Source of the DNA: Blastocladiella emersonii ATCC 22665
Taxonomy: Eukaryota > Fungi > Blastocladiomycota
Assembly: GCA_025594325.1 (NCBI GenBank)
Contig: JANHCV010000005.1
Location: 62,001 to 126,000 of the forward strand
Direction of reading: 5' to 3'
Length of the DNA: 64,000 nucleotides
The notes below the pieces were generated by a model, which worked only from the letters and a program-made list of their open reading frames with translations, did no database searches and was not told the origin of the DNA. Every line of letters begins with the position of its first letter. Position 1 is the first letter of the stretch. The position numbers were made by a program, and so were the translations under genes. This document shows, in pieces, positions 1-12,170 of this stretch.

Positions 1-3000
1 TCTCGCCCTCTGCGCGCTCCGTCGGCAGCGCGAGCATCTCGCCGACGCGTTCAACGCTTGACATGTCCACTTCGACAAGCGAGTAGACCGTGACCGTGGA
101 CCGCACCGACTCGGCGAGTACGAGCGCGTAGTGCAGCGCGAACCCGGCCCACGCGGGCTCGGCGCCGGGCGACACGAGGAACCCGATCCCGATCGCGAAA
201 CACAGCATCGCCGCGACGAAATCGCCGAGCACCATGAGCCAGCGGTTCGACGCGGCGATGCTAACGTACGGGCGCATCGCGTCGGCGACGGCGCGCGCGA
301 GCACCGCCGACGTGAAGTGCGGGACCTGCGCGAACGCGCGGATGCACCCCGCGCCCGCCTGGAACTCGGTCATGTGCTGCAGCACCGGCGAGTAGAACGT
401 GTTGGTCATGCGCCGCACGTCGCGCGACACGCGGAGGTACCCGCGCCCGAGCCACGCGTACAGCGCGACGAGGGGGAGTGCGAGCAGCAGGAACGTCGGG
501 GAGGCGAGCGCCACGGCGGCCAGCGACGTTGCGTTCGACAGCACCGACGACACGAAATCGTTCACGTCCGGGACCAGCAGCGTGTCGACGTTGCTTAGGT
601 CCTTGCTGAGCCGGTTGATGACGCGCCCGATCGAGTTGTCGTCGAACCAGTCAGTCGGGAACGCGAGCAGCTGCGCGAGGAGCGCGCGGTGGAGCGACTT
701 GGACGCGCGGTGCGACCCGACGAACAGCAGCGTCAGCGTCGCGCCGAGCGTGACGGCTGACGCGAGCTTGAGCAGCGCGAACAGCGTCAGCGAGCCCCAC
801 GACGAGGACAGCCGCTCTCTCGGGTCTGCGGCCGCCGACGCAGACCACTCCTTGAGCGTCAGGTCGGCGCGGAGGTTGAGCGCCTGCACGGCCACGTTGA
901 GCGTCACCGAGGCCACGGCGAGCCGCATCCCGAACGCGCCGAGGTACCGCAGGTAGTGCGTGCGCTGCACCGCGCCCTCGGACCGCTGCTCCTCGGCGGG
1001 ACGACGCTGCGGAGCCGCGGGCGCGAGGAGTGGGGTCTCGGCCGTGGTCTTGATGGCCGTCGTCGCATCCTCGACGATGACACTGCCCGACTCCTTGCCG
1101 CCGTCCTCGTTTTCCTCGCCGTCGTCGCCGCTATCGACGCTACGTGCGCGGACGAGCGTCGGCGAGCTCGCGCCGCTACGCGCCTGCTGCTGGGGGTGGT
1201 GCTGGAGCAGGCCGGCCTGGAGCACCACCGACTCGGGCGGACCACAAGCAGCGATGCGTCCGCCGGGCGCGAGGGCGAGCACGTAGTCGGCGTCCTTGAC
1301 GGCGAGCGCCACGGCGTGCGAGACGAGAATGACGGTCTTGCCGTCGCGTTTCGCCGCGGCCACGAGCGCGTTCTGGTACAGGTAGTTGGAAGTCACGTTG
1401 TCGACCGCGGATAAAACCGAGTCAGCCAGAATGACGGGCGCGTCTGAGTAAAGCGCTCGAGCGAGGGCGACGCGCTGGCGCGTCCCGCCCGACAGCTTGA
1501 GTCCAGCCGACCCGATGACCGTGAGGTCGCGCATCGGCAGCCGCGCAATGTCCGGGGCGAGCGCGCACCGGTCGATCACGTCGGCGAACCGCGCGGGGTC
1601 CCACGGCCGGCCGAACACAATGTTCTCGCGCAGTGTGCCGTGGACGACAAACACGGTCTGCGAGACGAAGGCGGCGGCGTCACGCGGGAAGTGGACGACG
1701 CCGCGGGCGACGGGGAGCTCGCCGAGGAGCGCGAGCAGCGTGCTGGTCTTGCCCGTGCCGAGCTCGCCGACGATCACCGACAGCTTGCCGCGCGGGAACC
1801 GGATGCCGTCGAGGTCGAGGGCGAACCCCGAGGCGGGCCGCTCGATGCGGCACGCGTCGAACCCGATCTCGCCCGAGTCCGGGTTGCGGTTGGGCGAGGC
1901 GCCGCGATGGACCGTGTTGGCGTGGGTGTAGCACTCGGCGAGGAAGGCGCTGATGCGGTCCCACGAGATGCGGCCGACGACAAAGACGCGCGAGTACATT
2001 TCGGGGAACTTGCGCATGGGCCACTCAAGCATGTTGAAGAGGTACAGCGCGGTGAAGACGTCGGCGGGCGGCAGCGGCGCGGCCGGGTGCAGGACCGCGT
2101 GGGCGAGGAAGGCGACGACGGTCACGGCCATGGGCGTCACGGCGGCGAGCAACGTGAGCATCGAGCTCCACACGAGGAACGACAGGATCCACTGCAGCTC
2201 GAGCGTGCGCTCGGCCTCGATCTTGGCGTTGAAGCGCGCCTCCCACACCTGGGTCTTGAGCAGCCGGATCGCCTCGAAGGCCTGCGCCGAGACGGCGAGC
2301 CGCGAGTCGGTGAACTTGACCGAGTTGCGCTGGTGCAGCTTGATGCGGCGCGCGATCCACATGTTGAGCGGGACCGAGACGGCGATGATGGCGGCGCCCG
2401 CGGCGACGGGGAGCGGGCCCATGATCTGGACGAGGGCAACGACGGCAATGACGATGCGGAGCGGGAGAAAGGCCCACGAAGCGCCCGAGCCGACGGCGTT
2501 GCATAGCTTGCGCGCGTCGCCGGCAGCGAGCGAGACGGCGTTGGTGACGGGGTGGGTGGTGTCGAGCAGGGCGCGGCCGATGAGGGCGTTGAACAGGCCC
2601 ATGACGCGGAAGGCGGTGATGCGGGCCCACAGGTAGCAGTGCGACTCGGTGAGCAGGCGCAGGGTGCCGCCGGCGAGGAGCAGCACGCAGTAGGCGTAGC
2701 CGACCGAGAGCGACTCGTGGATATCGTCGGAGGTGCTGCGGTGGCGGCGCTCGAGGAACTGGAGGAACTGGTTCATGGCGAACGGCGCAATGAACCCGCA
2801 CATGATGAAGGAGACGCCGAGGGCGAGCGACAGGAGAATGTCGCGTCGCACGGTGAGTACGGCGGCCCAGCCAACCGAGTACCCGAGGGCGCGGAAGCCG
2901 TTATACTTGGCGAGCGCGTTGGCGGGCACGTCCTCGGGCAAAAAGTCGGCGCAGTCGTGGAGCTCGAGGCGGTTGACGCGGAGAGCGCGGCGCACGGTGG

Positions 3001-3762
3001 GCCACATCCAGCGCAGCGTGAGGCACTCCCACATGGAGGCGGCGGGGAAGCGCGGTGCGCCGGGGAGGTCGACGTAGGACGAACGGCGGGCCCAGGTGTG
3101 CGCGAGCAGGATGCCCGCGAGGGCGACGGCGGCGACAGCATGGGTGTCGGCGACGGGGTCCGGGTAGGCGTCAAAGAAGCGGAACAGGGCCGAGTTGAGC
3201 GAGGCGACGAGGAAGCCGCCGATGACGAAGCCGCGCGAGATGTGCAGGTAGGCCGGCGGGGTCGCGGGCGAGGTCGGGCGGCGACGCAGGACCACTTCGG
3301 CGGCGGTGAGGATCGTGAGACCGGCCTGGAACGAGGGGATTGTCAGGTTCCATGACCGGTGAGGCGCAAGGCGGTCCAACGTACCCAGGCGGCGGCGAGC
3401 GGGTACACGAGGGGACCGTCAAGGACCGGGGTCAGGACGAGGGCCCAGGCGAGGAAGGCGGCCATGGCGAGGGCCTGGGCGGCGCCAACGAGCGTCTCGA
3501 CCGTGGACGGGACGATGGTGGGCGAGGCATCGCGGGGTTCTGCGTGATCGTCGAGGTCCTCGGACTGCTCAAGGGCCGCGTAGCCGTGATGGTGAGCCGA
3601 AGAGCGGGGACGCCAGGCCCAGAGCGCCTGCTGGGCGGCGTAGACGGCGGCGATGAAGGCGAGCCATGCGAGCGGGGCGGCAGCAAAGGCGTCGCGCGAG
3701 AGGAGGGAGCGCAGGAAGGCGTGCAGCGAGTCGTCGCGGTCGGGTTCAGGCAGTTGGTTCAT
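1..3762 (-). CDS. ABCC (MRP-type) ABC transporter, 3'-truncated by window edge
   Basis: ATG at 3762 and an intron at 3326-3384 (GTACGT..CTGAC..CCAG). The frame then stays open to position 1, so it is missing from the ORF track. NBD1 motifs: Walker A IVGELGTGKTS, GTLRENIVFG, signature LSGGTRQRVALARALY, Walker B ILADSVLSAVD. TMD2 follows, including the FDDNSIGRVINRLSKD-type motif near 600-650. Confidence 0.9.
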
Positions 3763-4269
3763 TCAAACAGGCGCGTCTATCGCAGCGGCAGTTGGCTTCA
3801 TGGAGAGTGGTTGATCAAGAGGGGAGAGAGAGAGAAGGAAGCAGCGCGGCAGCGCGTCAGATCGCAGCTTGTTTTCCCGGCGCGCGTGGTGCGCGCGAAC
3901 AAGAAGGGTCGCGGTGACGCAAACCGCGGCGGTCAGCCGGCCCGCTCGAATCGGACAGCGTCAAGGGGCGCGTTGCGCCGAGTTGCGAGGGCCACGAGGT
4001 CGTGCAACGGCGGCAGAGACGCGACGTGGTGAGCGAGAAGGCGGTTCGAGTGGTCACGTTGGCGGTCGCCACGTTGCCGTGAAGCGCGCGTCGGTGGCGG
4101 CGGCGGCCGCGGCGCCCGCTCGCCGTGCCACGCGCGGCCTCACCCTCTCCCTCCTTCGTGGTCGCCGAGTCCGGGCAGGGCCACACAGCACTCGATCCCG
4201 AGTCCATGCAACGCACGCCGGGACTGGCACTCGTCTAACCTCGCCCTGGAACAAACGAACGAACGCACC

Positions 4270-4914
4270 ATGGTGGGTCCCGCCGCAAAGTGGCGCCACG
4301 CCGCGCGAGCTAACCCACCGACGACCAACGCGTAGAACCTGACGCTGTACGCGGTGCGGGCGCTCCTCGTGCTCGACGCGGCGACGAGCGGGCGCGTGCT
4401 GGCCAAGTACTATGTGCCGCCGGCGGGGATCCCCGCGGGGGCGCCGACGGGGGCCGAGCTGGCGACGGTCAAGGAGCAGAAGGCGTTTGAGCGGCGGCTG
4501 TGGGACAAGACGCGCAAGCAGCTCACGGCCGAGGTGATCCTGTTCGAGAACTACGTGGTCGTGTACAAGGCCGTGGCCGACGTGCTCGTGTACGTGGTCG
4601 GGTCGCTCGACGAGAACGAGGTGATGCTCGCGGCGGCGCTGCACACGGTGGTCGAGTCGGTCAACCTGGTGCTGCTCAAGTACCAGTCGACGGACAAGCA
4701 GACGATCGTCGACCACATGGACCTGGTCGCGCTCGCCGTGGACGAGTGCATCGACCAGGGCGTGGTGCTCGAGACGGACCCGGGCACGATCGCGGCGCGC
4801 GTGTCCAAGCGCCCGTCCGAGATGGCCGACATTTCGCTCGGCGACCCGCAGAGCATATCCGACGCCCTCAACAAGGCCAAGGAGCAGTTCTTTGCCGGCG
4901 TGCTGCTCAAGTAG
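4270..4914 (+). CDS. RET3: Coatomer subunit zeta (zeta-COP)
   Basis: ATG at 4270, then intron 4273-4335 (GTGGGT..GCTAAC..TAG), giving M-NLTLYAVRALLVLD...RVLAKYY...KEQKAFERRLWDKT...DENEVML...LALAVDECIDQGVVLETD, a typical sigma/zeta longin adaptor sequence. Confidence 0.92.
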
Positions 4915-5540
4915 CGCTTGCCATTCCTGCATTTGATTGATACACTCTCCCGTTTGACCCTGACCTTCTCGTTTGCGCGCCATGACTCGAGCGTGCGGGC
5001 GCTGTGGCGTCTGCCCTGCATCGGCACCCGGCACCCGACCGACCCGCATCGCATCGGGCGGACTTCGACGCGTCGGCCGCTGCCGTGTGGGCGACGCGTG
5101 CCGGAACCCGCCGACCACCGCCGCCAGCGCTCCTGCCTCCATCAGCATCACTCGCTCTCCGTCGCAGCGATGACGGCACAACCGCCCACGGCATGAGTCG
5201 CGCCCATGTGGCCAAGGGAACCCCGCAGGAATCAAGGCCGCCGTCACGCGCTGCAGGCTGGCCGGCTCATCTCGCCCCCCACGCGCCCCGCCGACGCGCC
5301 CGCACGGTCCCTTCTCTCTGCGACTTCACGCCGACCAGACGCGCTCGCGAGTCGCCGCACTGCTGGCCTGGAATGTATGCAGAGCGCGAGGTCCACGGAT
5401 CGGCCCGGCGCGCGATGCCGCCGGGTCCTCCCGCCCGGCTTGCCTCGCTCGCCTCGTCCCCTCCCTCCCTTGCTGACTCGGCCGCCCTCTCTCTCCCTCC
5501 CGCTCCGCCCTCTAGAACCCATCTCGCAACACCGGCAGCC

Positions 5541-8177
5541 ATGTATCGCGGATTCATTGACGTCGAGGACGACGACCCCGCCGCCGCCACGCTGTCCGCG
5601 GCCGACCTCGACGCCATGCTCCCGTCCGAGCGCCGCGCCTACCAGCAGGAGCTCGACCGCCGCCGCGCCTCGCTGCGCTCCGACCGCTCGGCCGAGCAGC
5701 AGCAGTCGCGCCGCACCGCGTCGCCGCTCGGCATTCTCTTGTCCACGTCGCCCGCGCCCGCGTCGTACGCGTCGGCCTCGGCGTCGGCATCGCCGCTCTC
5801 GGCCGAATTCGACCGCACATCGGCCTTCTTCGCCACGCCCTTCTCGCCCTCCACGCCGCCGCCGCCGCCCGTGCCCGCCCAGCACCGCCCCTACACGCTC
5901 GACGCGGGCATGCGCAGCCTGCCGCGCATCGCCGGCACCCTGTCCACGTCGCCCGGCGCCCTGCCGCACGACCTGCGCCGCGACGACAACTCGGCCGACG
6001 CGGCCACGGCGCTCGGCCACCCGTCCATGTACACCATGTCGCTGCCGCGCCTGCCGGGGTTGGGTTCGGCGTCCGCGTCCAACAGCCGCCCCGGGAGCTC
6101 CGAGCACCTCGCCGTCGCCCCGCCCGCCCGCGGGCCGTCGACCGACTCGCACACGAGCTCCGTCAGCCGCGCCTCGACCGCCGGCGATGCCTCCTTCTTC
6201 CACCTCGAGCTCGCCGACACCCATCCCGCCGAGCCATCCTCGACGGCATCTGCCGCGACCCCGCTCTCGCCCGCGCCCGTGTACCCGACCCCGCCGCCCG
6301 CCCACCCGGCCCTGCACTACGACGAGGACTTTTTCTCCACGCCGTTCCAGGCCTCGACCCCGGCACCCGCCTCGAGCGCGACACCGCCCGGACGCGCCCC
6401 CGGCGGTCCCGCGCGCGCCGCGACCACGTACGTGACGGGCGTCCCGTCGCGCACCTGGCAGGCCACGCCCGACCCGGCCTTCCAGCCGGGCATCTACGAC
6501 CTCTCGCTCGCCCAGGTCCGCCCCAACACGGCCGCCGCTCAGCACACGCACCAGAACCAGCGGCATGCACACGCCTCGGCATCGCCGCCCGCGTCCGCCT
6601 CAGCGTTTACCGCCACGACGCCGCCCGCCGCCCCCATGGCCATCCCGATCCCGCCGCCTCCACCAGAACCCGAGTCGACGGCCGGGAACAACAACAACAA
6701 CAACTACGCCGGCCTGTTCCGCTCCATGTCGCTCCCGCCCAACGCCGCCGTCGGGCCCGGTGGGGCTGGCGCGGGCTCGCTCGACAACTACCTGCTCGAG
6801 GCGGTCGTCGGCGTCGGCGCCTTCAGCAAGGTGCGCCTCGGTATCCACCGCCGCACTCGCGCCAAGGTCGCCGTGAAACTCGTCGAGCTCAAGTCGGACC
6901 TGTCGCGCCGCATGGCCGAGAACGAGGCCCTCGTGTTCCGCACCCTGCAGGGCGGCCACCTCCGCCTCACGCCCTCTTCCTCTTCGGGTGAGTCCACACC
7001 GCCTTCGGGAACGGCCGCGACCGCCGCAGCGGCGGGCCACCCGGCGATCCTGCAGTGCTACGACGTGGTGCACGCGCCCGGGTCGACGGCGCTGATCCTC
7101 GAGTACTGTCCGGGCGGCGACCTGTTCGACCTGCTCGCGTATCGGCACGACGAGGTGGCGCTGCACGACGCGCAGTCGCTCGCGTACCAGGTGTGCAGCG
7201 CCGTCGCCTTCATGCACGCGCACCGCGTCGTGCACCGCGACCTCAAGCTCGAGAACATTCTGCTCGTCGCGCGCGCATCGCCGTTCCGCATCAAGCTGTC
7301 CGACTTTGGGCTCTCGTACGTCCTGCAGACTGACGACGAGCAGCTCGCCACGCGGTGCGGGTCCGAAGAGTACTCGGCGCCCGAGGTCATTGTCGCGTCC
7401 GGCACCCCGTTCGACCCGCGCGCTGCCGACGTCTGGTCCATTGGCGTCATCCTCTACGCCGTGCTCGTCGGCCAACTCCCCTTCTCGCAGGAGGCGCGCG
7501 ACGTGGTCGTCGTCGAGAAGGTCGTCGTCACGTCCCCCGCGACCCCCGCCGCGGGAGCGCCGCCAAAACGCGTCTCGGGCCTGCTGCGCCACCTCGAGGA
7601 CAAGCTGTCCCTCGGCGGCAACAACGGGTCCCACCATCACCACGACTACTCGTCCGCCGCAGCGCGATCCGCGTCCCCGCCGCTCTTGTCGGTCGGCACC
7701 GGCGTCACGGACCTGCCGATCCCCGAGGACCAGGAGGCACCGCCGTCGCCCGTCGTGCACCACGCGCCGCTCGACTCACCCGACGCGGATCCCTCCCCGC
7801 CGCCCGTCGTGCGCAAGATCCTGCGCCGGCGGTCGACGCGCAAGGCCGGGCGCAAGGCGCTGTGGCACCGCATCGCGCGCGCCGAGTTCACGTTCCCCGA
7901 CGAGGCTGTCGAGCTCGCGCCGTCGGCGGCAGCCGCCGCGGCCGCGGTGCCCGCCGAGGAGGAGGTGGTTGAGACGGAACCCGCGAGCGCGCCCGCCGCT
8001 GCCGCCAACGTGCCATCTAACCCGCAGTACCCGCTGCTCACGGACGAGACCAAGTTGCTCGTCCGCACCCTGCTCGACCCGCACCCCGCCCACCGCCCGA
8101 CGGCCGCCGCGTGTCTCGAGATCCCGTGGATCGCCGCGGGCCGGCCAGGCGCGGCCACGTCCGCGGGCGGCGAGTGA
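5541..8177 (+). CDS. Ser/Thr protein kinase (CAMK/CAMKL group, Prr1-like activation loop) with long low-complexity N-terminus
   Basis: Motifs GVGAFSKV, VAVK, HRDLKLENILL, DFGLS, RCGSEEYSAPE, DVWSIGVILY. The likely start is ATG 5541 (gcagccATG); the ORF-track start at 5004 reads like UTR/promoter sequence. Confidence 0.9.
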   Translation: MYRGFIDVEDDDPAAATLSAADLDAMLPSERRAYQQELDRRRASLRSDRSAEQQQSRRTASPLGILLSTSPAPASYASASASASPLSAEFDRTSAFFATPFSPSTPPPPPVPAQHRPYTLDAGMRSLPRIAGTLSTSPGALPHDLRRDDNSADAATALGHPSMYTMSLPRLPGLGSASASNSRPGSSEHLAVAPPARGPSTDSHTSSVSRASTAGDASFFHLELADTHPAEPSSTASAATPLSPAPVYPTPPPAHPALHYDEDFFSTPFQASTPAPASSATPPGRAPGGPARAATTYVTGVPSRTWQATPDPAFQPGIYDLSLAQVRPNTAAAQHTHQNQRHAHASASPPASASAFTATTPPAAPMAIPIPPPPPEPESTAGNNNNNNYAGLFRSMSLPPNAAVGPGGAGAGSLDNYLLEAVVGVGAFSKVRLGIHRRTRAKVAVKLVELKSDLSRRMAENEALVFRTLQGGHLRLTPSSSSGESTPPSGTAATAAAAGHPAILQCYDVVHAPGSTALILEYCPGGDLFDLLAYRHDEVALHDAQSLAYQVCSAVAFMHAHRVVHRDLKLENILLVARASPFRIKLSDFGLSYVLQTDDEQLATRCGSEEYSAPEVIVASGTPFDPRAADVWSIGVILYAVLVGQLPFSQEARDVVVVEKVVVTSPATPAAGAPPKRVSGLLRHLEDKLSLGGNNGSHHHHDYSSAAARSASPPLLSVGTGVTDLPIPEDQEAPPSPVVHHAPLDSPDADPSPPPVVRKILRRRSTRKAGRKALWHRIARAEFTFPDEAVELAPSAAAAAAAVPAEEEVVETEPASAPAAAANVPSNPQYPLLTDETKLLVRTLLDPHPAHRPTAAACLEIPWIAAGRPGAATSAGGE
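6687..6704 (+). repeat. (AAC)6 microsatellite encoding poly-Asn in the kinase
   Basis: aacaacaacaacaacaac, in frame just upstream of the kinase domain. Confidence 0.9.
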
Positions 8178-8298
8178 GGGTTTGGGCCAAGAGCGCGCGT
8201 GGTGCGCGTTGAGCAGGGAGCGAGCGAGTGTCTGTTTGCGCAATCGAACAAGCTAAAATATATACACACAAACGTTTCCTTTCATCACCAATAACACC

Positions 8299-11200
8299 TC
8301 ACGGGCCCTGCGTCGAGTACGCAATCACGCCGGGCCGCACCTGGACCGGCGCCCACGGGCCCGCGGCGCGCACCTCCTCGGGCCGCGGCACCGTCGTGTC
8401 GGCGGGCAGCCCCGCGCGCGACACGTACCTGGGCCGCTGCGGGTCGACGCTGATGGACGGCGGCGCCGACGCCGCGAGCGGGAGCTGCATCGTCGCGACG
8501 CTGGGCGACGCCGGGTGCGAGTGTTGCCGGCGCAGCGGCGGGTCGGGCCCGATCGTCGACGCTGATGAGGCTGGCGTGTCGTTGATGGGGAATGCGACGG
8601 GAGGGACTAGCAGGTGCTCGATCCCGACGGCCGCGGGCGACGCCGTGCGCTGGATGATGTGCGGCGGCGCGAGCGGCGGCGTCAGGTACCCGTGGCCTCG
8701 GCCATCGTCGCCGTCGTCGTCGCTGCTGTCCTCGCCGTCGCTCGCGATCGTGCCCTCGACCACCTTCCACCCGCCGACGACACCGCCGCTTGCGGAAGAC
8801 GACCCGTGCCCGCTCTCGGACCCGCCGTTGACGGTGGTGCTGCCGCCCTCGTAGAAGGCCGTGGCGCCGTAGTAGACGAGGTGCGGGACGACGACCTGCG
8901 CGTGCGCGACCGCGTCGTCGAGGACGTCGGGCGGGATCGCGGACACAACTCGAAAAGTCCACTCGGCGTCGGCCCACGGCTTGCCCGCACCCACGGCCGT
9001 ATCCTGCGGCGCGCGCAGGACGCGCGGGTCGGCCACGGCGTTGGCACACGTCGGGCACGGGTGGTAGTGGACCGACGCGCGGAGCCCGATGCGCAGGTTC
9101 GCGAGCCCGCGGCGGCCGGCGGAGCCGCGGCGACGGTCGGCGGGCGTCGATGGGTCGATGCGGACCTTGGACGGGCGGCGCGGGGTCTCGGCCTCGTCCG
9201 CGTCGTCCTCGGCTTCCTCCTCGTCCTCTTCGTCGATCCGCGATACCGTCGAGGGTCGGAACTGCGGCAGCGACGACATACCCGGCACGTACACGCACAG
9301 GTTGCACGACGGGCAGTGGTGGTGGTCCGCGGACACGCACGTCCGGCACATGGTGCAGTGCCACATGGCGTCGGCCGACACGGTGCACCCGCGGCACAGC
9401 GAGAAGAAGCCGCGCGGGAGGTCCTCGGCCGCGTTCGTGGCGGGAGGAGGCGGCGGCTCGAGTTGCTCGGTGCGGCGACGCGCGCCTGCGAAGAAGGCTG
9501 ATGTCCGCCGCGAACCCGTGGTGTTGCCGCGGAACCGCGCGCTGCCCGAGTTCGACGCCTCCTCGTCCTCGGTCTCGGCGTCCTGGTCAAACGAGTAGTA
9601 CTCGGGGACGGTGCCGCCTGCCGTGCTCGCGATGCTGGCGCGAGTGCTCGCGGTCGCCGTGGTCGCCGTCGCCGTCGAGCTGCTGCGCCGCCGCGCCGCA
9701 TTGGCCGCTGCCCGCCGCAGACTCGCGGTGCGCGACGCGGCGCTCGGGCGGTGCGCGCCCGCGGGCCCGTGGAGCGACGTGATGGGCGGGTGCCGCAGCA
9801 GCCGGTGCGCGGGGATCGTGTTGAGGACCTCGCCGAGCGTCGCGGGATTGCACTCGAAGTTGAGAAAGTCGGTGAAGCACGACGTGAAGATGGGCTTGAG
9901 CGTGCCGAGCAGGTGGTTGCGCCGCGGGAACGTGCGCGACTCGGCGTGCAGCAGGTCCGTCGGCGGGTGGTCGTCGGGCAGGTCCGTCAGCAGGCCGTAC
10001 AGGAACAGCACGTTCAGGATCTGGCGCCGCGCAATCAGGTTCTCCTCGAGCCGCTCGCGCGCACGCACCGAGCCGGGGAGGCCCAGGTCGACCTTGAGCT
10101 CGGCGAGGACGTCGGTCATGGACATGGCGGGCGCCGTAGGTGAGAGCGGCGGCGTCGAGGAGCCGTCCACGTCGGCCACGGCCAACGAATACCCGAGCCC
10201 CGTATCCTCGAGCACCTGCCGCACCAGCGTCGGCGACGGCAGCGCGTGCAGCGTGACGGACGGCGCGGCGACCGCATCCTCCTCCTCGGCGGCAATGGTC
10301 GGCAACGAGGGTGGTGCATCCATGCCCGAGGAACGGCGGCGGCGTGGTGGCGACGGCGGCGCGGACGACGGACCGGGACCCGCAATCTCAGACAGGTCCG
10401 TGGCGCTATCGAGGCGCACGGCGCGGAACCCGCCCTCGAGGTCGGCGAGGGCGGCAGCGCGCGACCCGGCGCGGCGCCGGTGCTCGGGCGCTGCTGGGTA
10501 CTCGCCCGACTCGGGCACGGTCGCCAGATCGGACCCGCAACACTCGCAGGTACTTGCACTGTCAGTCCGCGGCCGCGCGTCGTGGACTCCCGCAAACCGG
10601 TCGTCGTACAGCGGCGTGGGCGGCTCCATGGTCGAAGGGGTCGCGGGCGGCATGTTCTCGGCGCTGACGGACGGCGGGAGCAGGAGACACCGCTCGCAGC
10701 GGACGGGCGCGGCGACGGACCGGTTGGCGAGCGCGACGAGGTCGGACCACGACCACCACGCGCGGACCGGGTTCGTGGCGGCGGGAAACGGGACGGGTAC
10801 GCGCGTCGGAATCAGCGCGATGAGCGAGTCGAGCTCGGCCTGCTCGGCGACCACGAACCACCGCCGCGTGTGCGACGCGACGGCGCCGGGTGTCCAGTCG
10901 TCGCACTCCTGCGCGGCGTGGTACTTGGACAGCGCGCACACGGCGTGCACCGAGAAGGTCGGCGGCGCCGCCATGTCGAAGACGAGCACGTCCTGCCCAC
11001 CGACGTGGTCCTCGTCGCTGTCCACGGGAGCGCGCAGGAGCGAGACGCGCGCGACTCGGTCGAGGGGCAGGTGGATACTGTACGCGAGACTGCCGACAAA
11101 CGAGCGCAGCACCGCGCCGCCCTGGCCGGCGAACCGCCGCGTCGTGCGCGTGAACTCGGCCAGCGGGTGCAGCTTGGTCTCGCGCGGCGGCGCCGCAGAG

Positions 11201-12170
11201 TCCTGGTCCTGGGTCTCGGCGTCATAATCGTCTTCTCCGCTACTCTCCTCGTCGTCGTCGCTCGACGGCAGCTCGCCCTCGCCGTATCCGAGCAGGCGCG
11301 TGTCCCACCGGCGTGGCGTGCGCGGCTCGCCGGGACGGCGCTGGTACGCGAGGTCGGACCGCGCCGGGTCCGCGTCCACATATTGGATCGACAGCGCGTC
11401 GCGGCCGACGACAGACAGGCCGGCGGGAACGGGCGCCGTGCGGAGTCCCGGTGGCCGCGTCGCCGCCGACGTCCAAAGTGAGACCTGGCCTGGGAAGTTG
11501 GACGTGAGCAGCGGGCCCACGTCGAGCGAGACAGCGCCGACCGCGTGGACGAGCGTCGCCTCGAGGCGCTGCCCGAACGTTGGGGTCCTCACGTCGGTGC
11601 ACACGCCGTCAATGTCGGCGGCGGGCGCAGGCGGACACACGGCGCGCGCAGCAGCCACGGGGAGGAGCGGGCGCGGCGGGAACGCGAGGCCGTGGTGCAA
11701 GTGCGACTGCGGGTGCGCCGGGACGTGCAGGCCGAGCGGGCGGGCGACGGGTGGCGGAAGGTCGGTGCTGGCGAGCGGGGCGGCCTGGGCGACGAGCGCC
11801 GCGAGGTGCTCGGGCGTCGATTGCGCGAGCCAGTCGGCGAGTAGGCCGTCGTGGTGGGCGTGAAGGTACGCTTGCATCGCTGTTGTGATAAAGGCGTCAG
11901 TACTTGAGCGTACGGCCGCGCCGATGAGGGCGAGGGCGTACCAAAGTGGACCAGGTGCAGGTCGTTGTCGAGCACGATGCGCAGCATGACGTGCAGCTCC
12001 TCGGGCAGCTGGGCGAGTGCCGCGACGTGCTCGGCGCCGAGGCGGTCCTCGACGTGCTCGTCGGGAAGGAAGCCGGCGCCATCGGCGTCGTCGACCTCGA
12101 CGTGCTCGTCGGGAAGGAAGCCGGCGCCATCGGCGTCGTCGACCTCGACGTGGTACGCGGGGTCCTCCAT
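8299..12170 (-). CDS. Large uncharacterised protein (~1290 aa) with a PH-like segment and a Cys/His zinc-binding cluster
   Basis: Exon 1 (12170-11942) joins the 1192-aa ORF through intron 11880-11941 (GTACGC..CTGAC..ACAG), and the frame is preserved (HF-A-MQA). Contains CRGC-x8-HCTMCRTC-x4-HHHCPSCNLC at ~9295-9400 and a globular segment at ~10830-11100. Confidence 0.75.
12047..12152. repeat. Perfect 48-bp tandem duplication (2.2 copies) in exon 1 of the 8299-12170 gene
   Basis: The unit cctcgacgtgctcgtcgggaaggaagccggcgccatcggcgtcgtcga occurs at 12047-12094 and 12095-12142, with a further 10 bp; it encodes HVEVDDADGAGFLPDE twice. Confidence 0.97.

Noticed and set aside
5004-5540. N-terminal extension of the kinase ORF in the ORF track
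   Set aside because: Non-ATG start; the sequence is pyrimidine-rich promoter/UTR-like with no codon bias. ATG 5541 is more plausible.
9295-9400. DHHC palmitoyltransferase call for the ADHHHC motif
   Set aside because: No flanking transmembrane helices and the spacing does not give a true DHHC-CRD; treated as a zinc cluster only.
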